A stretch of 63,082 bases of DNA, filler included, from 10 parts of 10 records of this genome joined end to end with filler, not necessarily neighbours in it, one strand, 5' to 3'. Shown: positions 46,729-56,007, numbered from the whole stretch's first letter. Notes: generated from the sequence alone by a model not told the origin. Translations and numbers: made by a program.

Positions 46729-47640
46729 CTACGCAACTTTTGTTTCCAATCTCATCTCATGGGGCCCCGGCGGAGCCTGGAGCTTCACTTTGGGCTGGCG
46801 CGGACGGCGTTTAGCACCCGGGTTGACCCAGACCGGCCGGACCAGCTGACCGAGCTGCTCCACCAGCTGCTGGCCGAACAGAGCTGGGGGCACGTCGAGC
46901 CCTCCGGCCAGTGGCGCTGGAATGGCGAGCCGCCCTCCCGCAGCACCATGGATGACGAAGCGCTCTCCTACATCGAGGCACCGGCCCGGCCGCCGGCCCA
47001 GCCCAGCGGCTGTTGGGCAGTGGGCCTCGGAGCGGTACGCTGGGCGCGAGCTCCGGCGGCGGCCTATTCGATATCGTGATGGCTCTCCAAGAGGCGACGG
47101 AGCCAGCTCTTTTTGGACCGCCGCCAGTGCCTGCTCTCGGGTCGGGTGGGTGTCCGTTGCAGCGGGCTGTCCGGGCGGGCCCAGAGTGTACTCGGTCTCG
47201 CACACGGGGAAGCGGAGCACCGCGCAAACCCCGGTGAATTGGCTCAGGCGGCCAGATTCGACCGAACCAGCCGCGAAGCAGTCGACCCGCCCGCCCGCTC
47301 TAGTCACCGCACCAGCCAACGACGGCTCCGCCGGCCCGGCCACCAGCAACCGAGCCACCGCCCCGTACTCGGCGGCCCGGCGCACGTGCTCCGGCCCGTA
47401 GGTGACCGTCTCCGGGGCCGTGGCCAGCCGCTTAATAAAATCGTCGCACAGGTGTGCCGAGCTGTCAGGAAGGCCACGCGTGGGGCTTACTCGCGAGGTT
47501 GATGGGGACCGGTCCCAAGGCCGGTCGATGGGTGGGTTCGCTCCGCGCTTTGCGCTGCGCTTTCTTCGCTCCTCTCGGCATGCTGCCTCTGCTCTTCTTG
47601 GGTCGGGTTCACACAGCGAACCGCGCTCTTCAACTGAATC
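46729..47640 (-). CDS. Stand-alone pelota/eRF1 domain 3-containing protein (start and C-terminus uncertain)
   Basis: DDFIKRL...PETVTYGPEHVRRAAEYGAV.RLLV...GGRV..F......G.LSQFTGVCAVLRFP matches the pelota C-terminal domain. Domains 1-2 are absent. Confidence 0.65.
   Translation of the reverse strand, partial: DSVEERGSLCEPDPRRAEAACREERRKRSAKRGANPPIDRPWDRSPSTSRVSPTRGLPDSSAHLCDDFIKRLATAPETVTYGPEHVRRAAEYGAVARLLVAGPAEPSLAGAVTRAGGRVDCFAAGSVESGRLSQFTGVCAVLRFPVCETEYTLGPPGQPAATDTHPTREQALAAVQKELAPSPLGEPSRYRIGRRRSSRPAYRSEAHCPTAAGLGRRPGRCLDVGERFVIHGAAGGRLAIPAPLAGGLDVPPALFGQQLVEQLGQLVRPVWVNPGAKRRPRQPKVKLQAPPGPHEMRLETKVA
46759..47401 (+). CDS. Hypothetical gene, 3' part doubtful (overlaps the antisense gene)
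   Basis: ATG ORF with typical codon bias, followed by a typical GC-AG intron at 46978-47020. Coding signal is lost after about 47070. Confidence 0.4.
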
Positions 47641-47704
47641 CTGAAGTTACCCTATTCGACGGTCCGACGGTCCATAGATCGGTGCTCAAGATATTTTTCC
47701 AGCC

Positions 47705-48661
47705 ATGCCGCGACCGGGCCTGATGCTTGCGCTGGCTCTCGGGCTGGCCAAAGCAGCAGTGCCCGAGGACATTCTGGTGCCGGAGAGCGCCCCGGTCTAC
47801 CCGGCAACGGTCCAGCAAGAGCTTCCCCTCGGACAGGACTGGCTCGAGGGCCTCTCGTTCGTGCAGTCCGACCTGCTCCTGGACAGCACCGGCCCTCCCG
47901 AGGGCTCGGGCAATTACGGCCAGGCCCGATTGCGCCGATTCCCGTCGGGCGATGTAGTTTCAGCCGTTACCGTCCCGGGTGCCTACGGCGAGGGCTCGGT
48001 ATTGCTCGGAGACAAGGCAAACGGCCGGGGTGGGGTGCTCTAAGCGGGGGGCAGGTCTACATGCTATCGTATAAAGAGAAACAGGTTCACGTCCTGCCGT
48101 ACGCGAAAGAAGAAGGCAAGCTCTCCGAGCCGGTGGCCGTGCTGGCACTGCCGGACCGGCCGTGGTGCGGGCGTCCTGGCCAAAGCGGGTGTGAGGGATG
48201 GGGGCTGACCACCGACGGCAGCCGGCTGCTCATGTCGGACGGGAGCTCCTACCTGAGCTGGCTCGAGCCGACCGCGGACGGGCTCAAGCTTGCGGACAGC
48301 TTTCAGGTAGCCGACGCTGGTCAGCCGGTGAGTTTGCTCAATGAGCTTGAATGGGTGGATGGCAAGATCTTGGCAAACCGATGGATTAACTCAGACAAGG
48401 ATGACCAACGGATGGTGGTGATTCAGCCGGGGCAAGGCAGCGTGCTTGGGTGGGTGGATCTGGGGCCGCTCGCACTCAAGAACACGCATTACAACTACGG
48501 GCAAGCTGCGTTCTTCACAAACGGGTTGGCATTGCAGCCACGACAAGACAGCTGCTCTGGGGGGGGGGATCTGCTGCAGTGAGCCGGCCGGCTGCCTTTG
48601 GGTGACGGGGAAGGACTGGAAGAATATGTATCAGATCGCGATGCCGCCCGAGCTCAGTTGA
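47705..48661 (+). CDS. Glutaminyl-peptide cyclotransferase (plant/bacterial beta-propeller type)
   Basis: Signal peptide; EGL, STG..YGQ, YGEG, EGWGLTTDGSRLLMSDGSS, LNELEWVDGKILAN, NGLA and LWVTGK.W. GC-AG intron 48017-48054, with a frame change near 48534-48579. Confidence 0.85.
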
Positions 48662-49003
48662 GTCTGTCCACCGGGCAGCCAATAAAGTGGGTACAAGTTG
48701 CCCATACGTACTACTCGTACTTGAGCATAATTATGCAACTTTGAAAGGCAAATACATGTACTTATATATAATTTAAATGCTTGTAGTAGCAGTAACAAGG
48801 CATGCACTAGAGTGGATCGACTGAGAAACCACCATAGTGGATCATCGATACGTACCTAGATTGCACTATAGTGCCGTGAATACTGTTACATGTAGTTAAT
48901 TGTGAATAGTTCATTAATTACTGTAACTGAACCGGCGTGATTGTCAAATGGTCTGACAGCGACCAGGATTAAGTCTTGAATTGATTACATGTATGTCGAG
49001 CTC

Positions 49004-49960
49004 TCACTTGTCACACAACTCTGCCACCAGCACCCCGGTGGCCACCTTGTCGAACGGGTCATGCGCGCTGAGCGTAAAAGTCAGCACGCCCCCCTCGATC
49101 GAACTAAGCTCTGCGGTGGCAGTGATTACAAATCCTACTGGAGTCGGGCTCAGGTGGTCTACTCTGTGGCTCCGGGTCTTGAGCACCTGATCCTCCGGCA
49201 AGAAGCCTTCCACCGCCGACGCTACCGCACCCTCCATGAACCCCACGATGCTGGCTGTTCCGGCACAGTTTGCCACGGGGCCGTCAGGGTCCGCCACATT
49301 ATTATGCCCGCCCAGGTGCCTTTGCTGCACCAAGCTGTCGCTGTGGCCCATCAGCCCGACTTTGAGCTGCCGCTTGTCCAGTTTGGCCGCCACCTTGCCG
49401 CTCATCGCCTCCCAAGGTATGTACGACCGCAGGTGGGTCCCTCTAGCGTACACCAGCTCTGGGCTACTCAAGTCGCGCGCCTCCACGTTGAACGTCACTT
49501 GCCGGGACAGGCCGGTCACCAGCTCCGCGGTGATGAGCAGCTCGGTCCCCAGCCGGATCGGCCGCTCGTGCGCGATCTGCAGGCTAAACCCGACCCCGCA
49601 CACTTCCTCCCACACCCGCTCGCCGGCCGTATTTGAAGCCACCGCGCACTCGAGACAAGCGCTCTCCATCCAGACGCTGAGCGCCTCGTCTGCAAGGCAC
49701 CCGGCGTTCGGGCCGTTCACGGCCAGATCCGGCTCTTCGACCATCTTGGTCAGCCCGAGTTGGGAGCCGCGGCGCATTGGTGGCCGGTGCTCCTCAAAGC
49801 TGCAGCTGCCGCTATGACGGCCGCTGGCCCGGTCCGCCATATCGACCGACGAGCTCCGGTGCACCGTGATAGGTTCGACCTCCTCCCCGAAGCTCGAGCG
49901 CGGCTCGGCGCTCCGCGACTGCATGTAGGCCGAGTATCCTTGTGGGGCCTCCGAGGACAT
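49004..49960 (-). CDS. Tandem FlK-like (fluoroacetyl-CoA thioesterase-like) double hot-dog protein
   Basis: Two units: WMESAC..HERP..LG..L.ITAEL..VTFNVEARD..ARGTH.R and FMEGA..HLSPTPVG..ITATAEL..LTF.LSAHD. Confidence 0.7.
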   Translation of the reverse strand: MSSEAPQGYSAYMQSRSAEPRSSFGEEVEPITVHRSSSVDMADRASGRHSGSCSFEEHRPPMRRGSQLGLTKMVEEPDLAVNGPNAGCLADEALSVWMESACLECAVASNTAGERVWEEVCGVGFSLQIAHERPIRLGTELLITAELVTGLSRQVTFNVEARDLSSPELVYARGTHLRSYIPWEAMSGKVAAKLDKRQLKVGLMGHSDSLVQQRHLGGHNNVADPDGPVANCAGTASIVGFMEGAVASAVEGFLPEDQVLKTRSHRVDHLSPTPVGFVITATAELSSIEGGVLTFTLSAHDPFDKVATGVLVAELCDK

Positions 49961-50076
49961 TTCCAGGGAGCGTCAGCTAGCTGATAATTTTAATTACCAG
50001 TTCCTACTACTAAAGTACCGGTAAAGACAGTCCGGACGGGAGACAGAGAAGAGGCTCCGGCGGCAGCTCTCACAAA

Positions 50077-51111
50077 ATGGTCAGGTCGGGCATCATGCTC
50101 ATCGAGTTGGTGCTGGCGCTGGGCACCGCGGTCCTGGCGGCTCCCCCGGCGGGCTGGAGCACATGCGGCGGCCTCGCAGACGCGTACAACCACACCGCAT
50201 GCCCGGCAAGCCAGAGCTGCGCCAGGCAATCGTGGGAGCCGGCAACTGGCAACTGGGGCTGCTGCCCGTTCCCGGAGGGCGTGAGCTGCTCCCCGTACAC
50301 CTGCTGCCCCAAGGGAACCGAGTGCGTCAACCACGGCACCGGCTGGAGCGTCGTCTCCACCTGCGTCGCGCCTGCCCATCCGCGCCCGCGCCCGCCGTCG
50401 TTTCCGTTCGTGGTGGGCAGCCTCACCGGCGACCAAGTGTGCAAGACAGGCCCACCTCTGCCGTACAGCCCGACTCTCAAGAACGTGCTCATAGTCGGCG
50501 ACAGCGTCTCCATAGGATACACCCCGTTCGTGTCCGAGGTGATGTCCGAGACGGCGTTGGTGCAGCATTCGCCCTGGGGCGGCGACGGCGGGGCCGAAGA
50601 GACGTTGTACGGTGCCCGGTGCATCGACAACCTGGTCCGGGCCCCGGACGGCACTCTGCTCTCGCCGGACGTGCTCATGTTCAACTGGGGCCTCCACAAT
50701 TCTCTTGGGGGCAACTGCACCGCTCCGTGTGTACCCGGGCAGTCCGGCCCCCCAGCAGAGTATGCGCCCAACCTCAAGAAGATCGTGTCGGCGCTCAAAG
50801 GCTCCCCGGCGCTCAAACGGACCAAGCTGCTGTTTGCGATTACGAGCCCAGACCTGTGCAACAAGCCGTTGAACGACATCCAGGTGCTTCTTAATGAGCA
50901 AGCCGAGGCTGTTATGGCGGAGGCTGGAATACCCACAGTGGACCTATACGCCGCAATCACAGGTAAGTGCGGGGCTGTCCCGCAGAACGAGTGCTTTGGG
51001 AGCAAAGGCTGCTTCTGCCCGCATTGTCCTGCCAACGGGGGCTTGGGGTACTCATGGCTTGCAAACACAACGATTGTTCCGGCAATCCGCAAGCAGTTAG
51101 CTAGAGTATAG
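50077..51111 (+). CDS. Secreted granulin-like + SGNH hydrolase protein
   Basis: Signal peptide; CP..QSC....WGCCPFP.GV.C....CCPKGT.C; VLIVGDSVSIGY, FNWGLH, VDLY and CPH. Confidence 0.75.
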   Translation: MVRSGIMLIELVLALGTAVLAAPPAGWSTCGGLADAYNHTACPASQSCARQSWEPATGNWGCCPFPEGVSCSPYTCCPKGTECVNHGTGWSVVSTCVAPAHPRPRPPSFPFVVGSLTGDQVCKTGPPLPYSPTLKNVLIVGDSVSIGYTPFVSEVMSETALVQHSPWGGDGGAEETLYGARCIDNLVRAPDGTLLSPDVLMFNWGLHNSLGGNCTAPCVPGQSGPPAEYAPNLKKIVSALKGSPALKRTKLLFAITSPDLCNKPLNDIQVLLNEQAEAVMAEAGIPTVDLYAAITGKCGAVPQNECFGSKGCFCPHCPANGGLGYSWLANTTIVPAIRKQLARV

Positions 51112-51209
51112 ACTGGTCTCCTCCAGTGGTACGTATTGATTGGGCTATCATCTAGTCCAGCTTAGAAAGTAAAGCGCAGTAAAATTTGCAATCGCCTTAG
51201 TAACTCTTG

Positions 51210-52323
51210 CTACTCCAGCCCTAATACTTGGCGGTAGCGATCGCCGTGCCCGAGCTGCACTAGTAGGGCCTCAATATCTGTGAGCGCGACGCTAACTAGA
51301 CCCCGCTTGCTCGGATCCAGCGCTCCGCCGAACAAGTCCAGCCCCGGCAACTCGGCCGGCGCCACCTGGATCAGGTGGCTCCAGCTCTGCCGGCCCCGCT
51401 TGCCGGCTCTGGCACACGCCCGCAAATACTCGTCGGCTTGGTCGGGCGCGGCTTGGATCAGCAGCAGCCCCGGGGTGCCATAGTACACGCACCCGCGCAG
51501 CCCCATCGCCTTGGCCTCGCCCATCATTTCAATCTCCTTCTTGTGCTCCTTCCCAGCCAGCAGGTGGTTGAAAACGAGGCTAAACACTCCCACAGACGCC
51601 CCGGCAGGCACAGCCGGCCCCGGCCTCTCCGGCTCTGGCGCCAACCCATCAGCCCAGACCTGCCGGCCCCGGTCAGTTGGCCACAGTGCACCGCCCACCA
51701 AGTAGCTCGGCGTGAGGCTGTGCTCGGAGAAAAACCTGCACCAGATCGGCAGCCGGGCGGCAGCCGACCGACCGGACTACTATCATCCCCTGGTCCGGGT
51801 CGCCGGACTGGCCCACGAACAGCTCGCTCTCCTTGAACTTCCGTAGCACCAACTCTACCAGCTGCTCGGCCTGCCCGCCTGGGCTGCCCAGTCAGGCCAG
51901 CCCACCCAGCGCGCCTACCGAACCGCTTGGCCCGGTCCGGTTCGCTCTCCTGCCCAGCCTCGCCGCCGGGGTTAGCGGCCAGGGCCACCCGGAGCCGGGC
52001 GCGCAGCCTCTTAACGTACAGCCTGACCTTGGCCATGTACTCGCGCTTAGACAGGGCCACTGGCACCAACCCGGCCGTGTACGACGGATCAAACGGCTGC
52101 CCCGCGCGCTCGCCGCGGGCTGCCGGCCGCCTACCTCGGCTTCCCCGGGGTAGCTGATCTGGATCCCAGCCCCGTCGGCCAGCCGCTCGAGCTCGCAGCC
52201 CTGCGAGAGCCGGCAGAGCGGGTCGCCGCTCATGACGTCCAGCTGGAGCCGGCCGGCCGCCCGGGCGTACTCCGGGTCGCCGGCACACTGCTGTGCCACG
52301 TCGAACGGGTCGCGGTACGACAT
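51210..52323 (-). CDS. TCTP-like domain fused to a DUF1115/RWDD2-like C-terminal domain (5 exons)
   Basis: After four 37-40 nt GT-AG introns: LSKREYMAKVRLYVKRLR..PDRAKRF..LVLRKFKESELFVGQSGDPDQGMIVVRFFSEHSLTPSYLVWADGL (TCTP-like), then FNHLL..HKKE..AKAMGLRG...GTPGLLLIQ (DUF1115-like). A 5' extension to about 52490 is possible. Confidence 0.62.
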
Positions 52324-52853
52324 GCGCGGCCGCCGCGTGGAGCCACAGTGCCAGCCCGCCGCACTTTAGTCTATCGAGCTCTCTCATCAACTCTTGCGTT
52401 GAAAGCAGCTGCAGCCAGCTGTTTCTGCCTGGTCCAGACTGGACACCGGGCCCCGCCGAGATATCCCAGGCTACGGGTGGCAAGGCATCTGGGGCAGGCT
52501 CACTCGTGCTTCTAGGTCAACAAACCATCTCGTAGTACGGCCGTCGGTACGAGTACTCGTTGTTGGATCTGCACTTCGAGCGATGCGCAGATAATGAATA
52601 CATAGATGGACAATTCGAGCAAACCTTATTCGAATGATAAACTATCTAGAAGCGAGGGCCGATCTATAAATTAGTGAACTAACTATGGTTAGGGTTTGGG
52701 GCAAAGGGAGTCGGTCACTCCCGCACTCCTTCCGGGTGCGGCGGCTACGACACGCCCACAGCAGCTGGCCAGCCTCAGTGCCTACCTATCTGGCTGCATA
52801 TCCTGGCTGGCGCATCGCTAGCTGAATCAGCCGGCACCTGCACCGGTCAGCCC

Positions 52854-52953
52854 NNNNNNNNNNNNNNNNNNNNNNNNNNNNNNNNNNNNNNNNNNNNTTA
52901 ATTAATTAANNNNNNNNNNNNNNNNNNNNNNNNNNNNNNNNNNNNNNNNNNNN
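52854..52953. other. Artificial contig linker
   Basis: N-run + TTAATTAATTAA + N-run. Confidence 0.98.
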
Positions 52954-53235
52954 GAGCCGGAGTACATGGAGCTGCTTCGGAGCTCGCTCGGCCCAAGTTG
53001 CAACATAGATACGATAAGGGACCCTAATCTAGAAGGATGACATTAATAATAGTACAGATATAAAGAAGCACTCCATGCACATTTTCAACACTCTAGAACC
53101 CAAATCGTAGCTTCATCCGCCATCTGCACATCTACTCGCCGCAACTGGCAGAGGCCATAATTATATACGTATTATCATGAAATATGGAGCGCCAAGGAGA
53201 AAGATAGCGATGGAGGGCGCCTCAAAACAATAGCT

Positions 53236-54639
53236 TCAATTGTCGCCACGACCTAAAATTTTAGCCTTCATCCGACGTAAGCCAGTGTAGACTGTAGCTA
53301 CTACAATGGGCACACATAGTCCGAGCGCTATGTCCGGATGTACTGGGAGAGCCCCGAGGCTGAACGCACTCTTGCAAACATACCCAATTACTCCTGTGGA
53401 ATAATACGTGATCGCAACAACAGAGAGGCCCTCTACGCTTTCTTGCAGGAGCACTTGTGTGCTCGCCGTATCTTTGATTTGCTTCAAATGTTGTGAGTGG
53501 ACTGCCTGGTGTTGTGCAGTAATTGAGGTCCGCAGCAGGTCTGATGCTAGCTGCGACGACGCTGCCGTCGACTGGAGCCGCTCAGAAATGGATTTACAGG
53601 TCCGCTCTGCCGGGTCAAGAGCCCGCTGCAAGAATGTCGTCATCGACGGGAGTCCATCACAGCGCTGCATTTGCAAAAAGTTCACTCTATCGTTCACAAT
53701 CTGACTATATGCAGACGAGGCCCCGAACCGGAAGGCGGATGATGAGCTCAACTTGAGGCTTTCGGCAGTCAGTTCGCACAACCGCTGAAGCAGCCTCTGC
53801 TGCTTATGCAGCTGATCGGGATCAGTGGAAGCCTGTCCAACGGGGCTGGCTGCTCGACCAACTTCATCAATCACCAGCTGTACCTCTTTATCCAGCCTAT
53901 CGAGCTCCGGTGCCAGCTCCAGCGCGTACGGCTGTCCGAGCAGAGCTAGTGCCCTGTACTTGTCCAGCTCAATCAGCCGTTGTACCACCTTGCCAGCCGC
54001 TGTGCGCCGATTCGGGCCGGTGTCATTCGCCACCACCAGGATCCGGCTGAAATCATCAGCGTGGGTGAGCCAATCGGAGAAGGCGAAGAACCTGCCTTGG
54101 TTGCACGCCTGGGCAGTGATGAACCCACTCCGGCAGAAATGTTCGGCCAGCCAGGCAACATCGGGCCGGTCAAAGAACTTGGCCTTTGGGGCTTGGTCGA
54201 CCACCGCCAGATGCACCGCTGTGAGCACTTGGGGCAGTCGCTCGAGCCAGCCCCGGGGCAGCACGCTGGTCACCACGTGCTCGGGCGCAAACGGTTGCAC
54301 AATTTCATTGGGGGCGGCCGGCCGGGTGAACGAGAAGGATTGAGCCTCCACGTGCCGCTCCCAGCGCACCCTGCACAGCCCGGCTAGATCGGCCGTGAAG
54401 AAGGAGCTCCCTGGGCCGGGCGGCATCACGTGGAAGTGCTCGCATAGCTCCGCCAGCAGCGAGAGGCCAGGAGTAACTGGGTCGGCCGGCCGCTCAACGG
54501 CGCAGGTGATGCTGGATGCGAACGACGGGACGGACAGCCTTTCGAACGGTCGCTGGTGCAGCAGGGCGTTCACCTGGGTCCGCAGCGGGTGGCTGGCCAT
54601 GTGCCGCGCCAACGTCCGTCCGGCGAATCGCGAGCCCAT
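53236..54639 (-). CDS. DUF3422 family membrane-anchored protein
   Basis: HPLR..V...LHQRPF, VRWERH.E, GKVVQRLIELDKYR.LALL, FRFGAS.AY..IV..R and LQESVEGLSVVAITYY, plus two C-terminal transmembrane helices. Intronless. Confidence 0.85.
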   Translation of the reverse strand: MGSRFAGRTLARHMASHPLRTQVNALLHQRPFERLSVPSFASSITCAVERPADPVTPGLSLLAELCEHFHVMPPGPGSSFFTADLAGLCRVRWERHVEAQSFSFTRPAAPNEIVQPFAPEHVVTSVLPRGWLERLPQVLTAVHLAVVDQAPKAKFFDRPDVAWLAEHFCRSGFITAQACNQGRFFAFSDWLTHADDFSRILVVANDTGPNRRTAAGKVVQRLIELDKYRALALLGQPYALELAPELDRLDKEVQLVIDEVGRAASPVGQASTDPDQLHKQQRLLQRLCELTAESLKLSSSSAFRFGASSAYSQIVNDRVNFLQMQRCDGLPSMTTFLQRALDPAERTCKSISERLQSTAASSQLASDLLRTSITAQHQAVHSQHLKQIKDTASTQVLLQESVEGLSVVAITYYSTGVIGYVCKSAFSLGALPVHPDIALGLCVPIVVATVYTGLRRMKAKILGRGDN

Positions 54640-54846
54640 CGCGTGCTCCGCGATACCGCCAACAGCAGGGCGTGTCTCAGGAGCGAGAGGAGAGCGTGCT
54701 ATGTGTGCAGAGGAGCCACCAGTTCAGTTCGGAGATCGTTGACGTTTGACCCGGCAAACGGCAAATAACGGCAAACGGCTTGTCGCGGCGGTACCCGTCG
54801 CAGGAGCTCCGGGCTGGGCTAAAAGCGGGCAGGGCGCAGCCACACG

Positions 54847-56007
54847 ATGGCGGCCCCCGGGGAGCTCGCGGAGGACTGGGGGCACATGTCGGGCGGGCCT
54901 GAGCTGGTGCGCCAGCTGGAAGCGCTCGGAATGTCCCCGGGGATCATTCAGGCCGGACTGGAGGCCGTCAGCAGTCTGTTCGGCGGCGGGCAGGCCCCGG
55001 GGCTGGACCGCATGCTCAAGTGGTGCGTCCGGAACGAGGAACCGCACCGGCTGCTCGGAGTCAAGCAGTCGGCCACCGACGCCGAGGTGGTCAAGGCCTA
55101 CCGCAGGGCGGCCCTGGCCTGGCACCCCGACCGATGCTCGCAGCCGGGCTGGCAGGCGGAGCATCCGGGCTGGACCGCCGAGTGGGCCGAGGAACGGTTC
55201 AAGGCGCTCAGGGCGGCCCAGGACAAGATGCTGGCGATGGCTCGGATTCGTTTCAACCCGCGCGTGCTCACTCAAGCCAGTCCGCTCCACGAGGCCGCCA
55301 AGGTCGGCGACTGCCGCCGGGTGGCCAGCCTGGCCGAGCAACGCCCGGAGTGGCTGTACGCAGTGGACGCGCTCGGGCTAGATCCACTCGGGTGGGCGGC
55401 CAGGAACGGGCACGACCAGGCGGTCGGGCTGCTGCTCGAGCTGCGGGCGAAGATGGCACCGACAGCGGAGCAGCAAAACCAGCTGGCGCCAAGCACGGCG
55501 AACCCGCTGATTCAGGCGGCGGGCCGGGGGCGTACTGGGGCGATGCGAAAGCTGATTGAGAGTGGGGCGGATATACATGCCAAGGAGGCGATCCTGGGGC
55601 ACTCGTCGCTGATGACTGCGGCGAATAGGGGGCAGCTGCAGGCAGTGGAGATGCTTCTCTCACGCAAAGCGGAGGTGGACGCCAGGGACGGTAAAGGGTA
55701 CTCGCCGCTGTGTGTGGCGTCGTTCTGTGGGCATGTGCCGGTGGTCGTTGCGCTGCTGGCCGCAGGCGCGGATGCGAACATTCTGGTGGAGGACGAGCAC
55801 GTGGGCAAGAGCTATACTCCACTGGCACTAGCAGCACGCAAGTCTCGTGAACAGATCGTGGGACTTCTGCTGGATGCCGGGGCCAAAGTTGACTCGGAGG
55901 CTTGGCGATACGCTGAGGAGAGGGAAGACAAGCCGATGCTAGAGCTCATGCAACGATTTGCCAGGTCAACATCCAACGGCAGAAGAAAATTGCCATCTCC
56001 TCGATAG
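54847..56007 (+). CDS. DnaJ (J-domain) + ankyrin-repeat protein
   Basis: LLGV..SAT..EV.KAYRRAAL.WHPDR and multiple ankyrin repeats (SPLHEAA, G.SPLC.AS..GH, TPLALAA). Confidence 0.88.
   Translation: MAAPGELAEDWGHMSGGPELVRQLEALGMSPGIIQAGLEAVSSLFGGGQAPGLDRMLKWCVRNEEPHRLLGVKQSATDAEVVKAYRRAALAWHPDRCSQPGWQAEHPGWTAEWAEERFKALRAAQDKMLAMARIRFNPRVLTQASPLHEAAKVGDCRRVASLAEQRPEWLYAVDALGLDPLGWAARNGHDQAVGLLLELRAKMAPTAEQQNQLAPSTANPLIQAAGRGRTGAMRKLIESGADIHAKEAILGHSSLMTAANRGQLQAVEMLLSRKAEVDARDGKGYSPLCVASFCGHVPVVVALLAAGADANILVEDEHVGKSYTPLALAARKSREQIVGLLLDAGAKVDSEAWRYAEEREDKPMLELMQRFARSTSNGRRKLPSPR

Noticed and set aside
1791-48054. Tiny introns as an introner-element family
   Set aside because: Apart from short shared ends (GCACC.. 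and ..GGCAG), the introns are not near-identical and show no terminal inverted repeats.
52322-52364. Non-canonical GT-AT intron extending the TCTP-like gene upstream
   Set aside because: The 43-nt segment would join frames, but the ATG at 52323 gives a TCTP-like start (MSYRD), which is the simpler explanation. It cannot be decided without cDNA.
52687-52697. GGTTAGGGTTT as a telomere
   Set aside because: Only a single TTAGGG unit, and it is internal to the contig.
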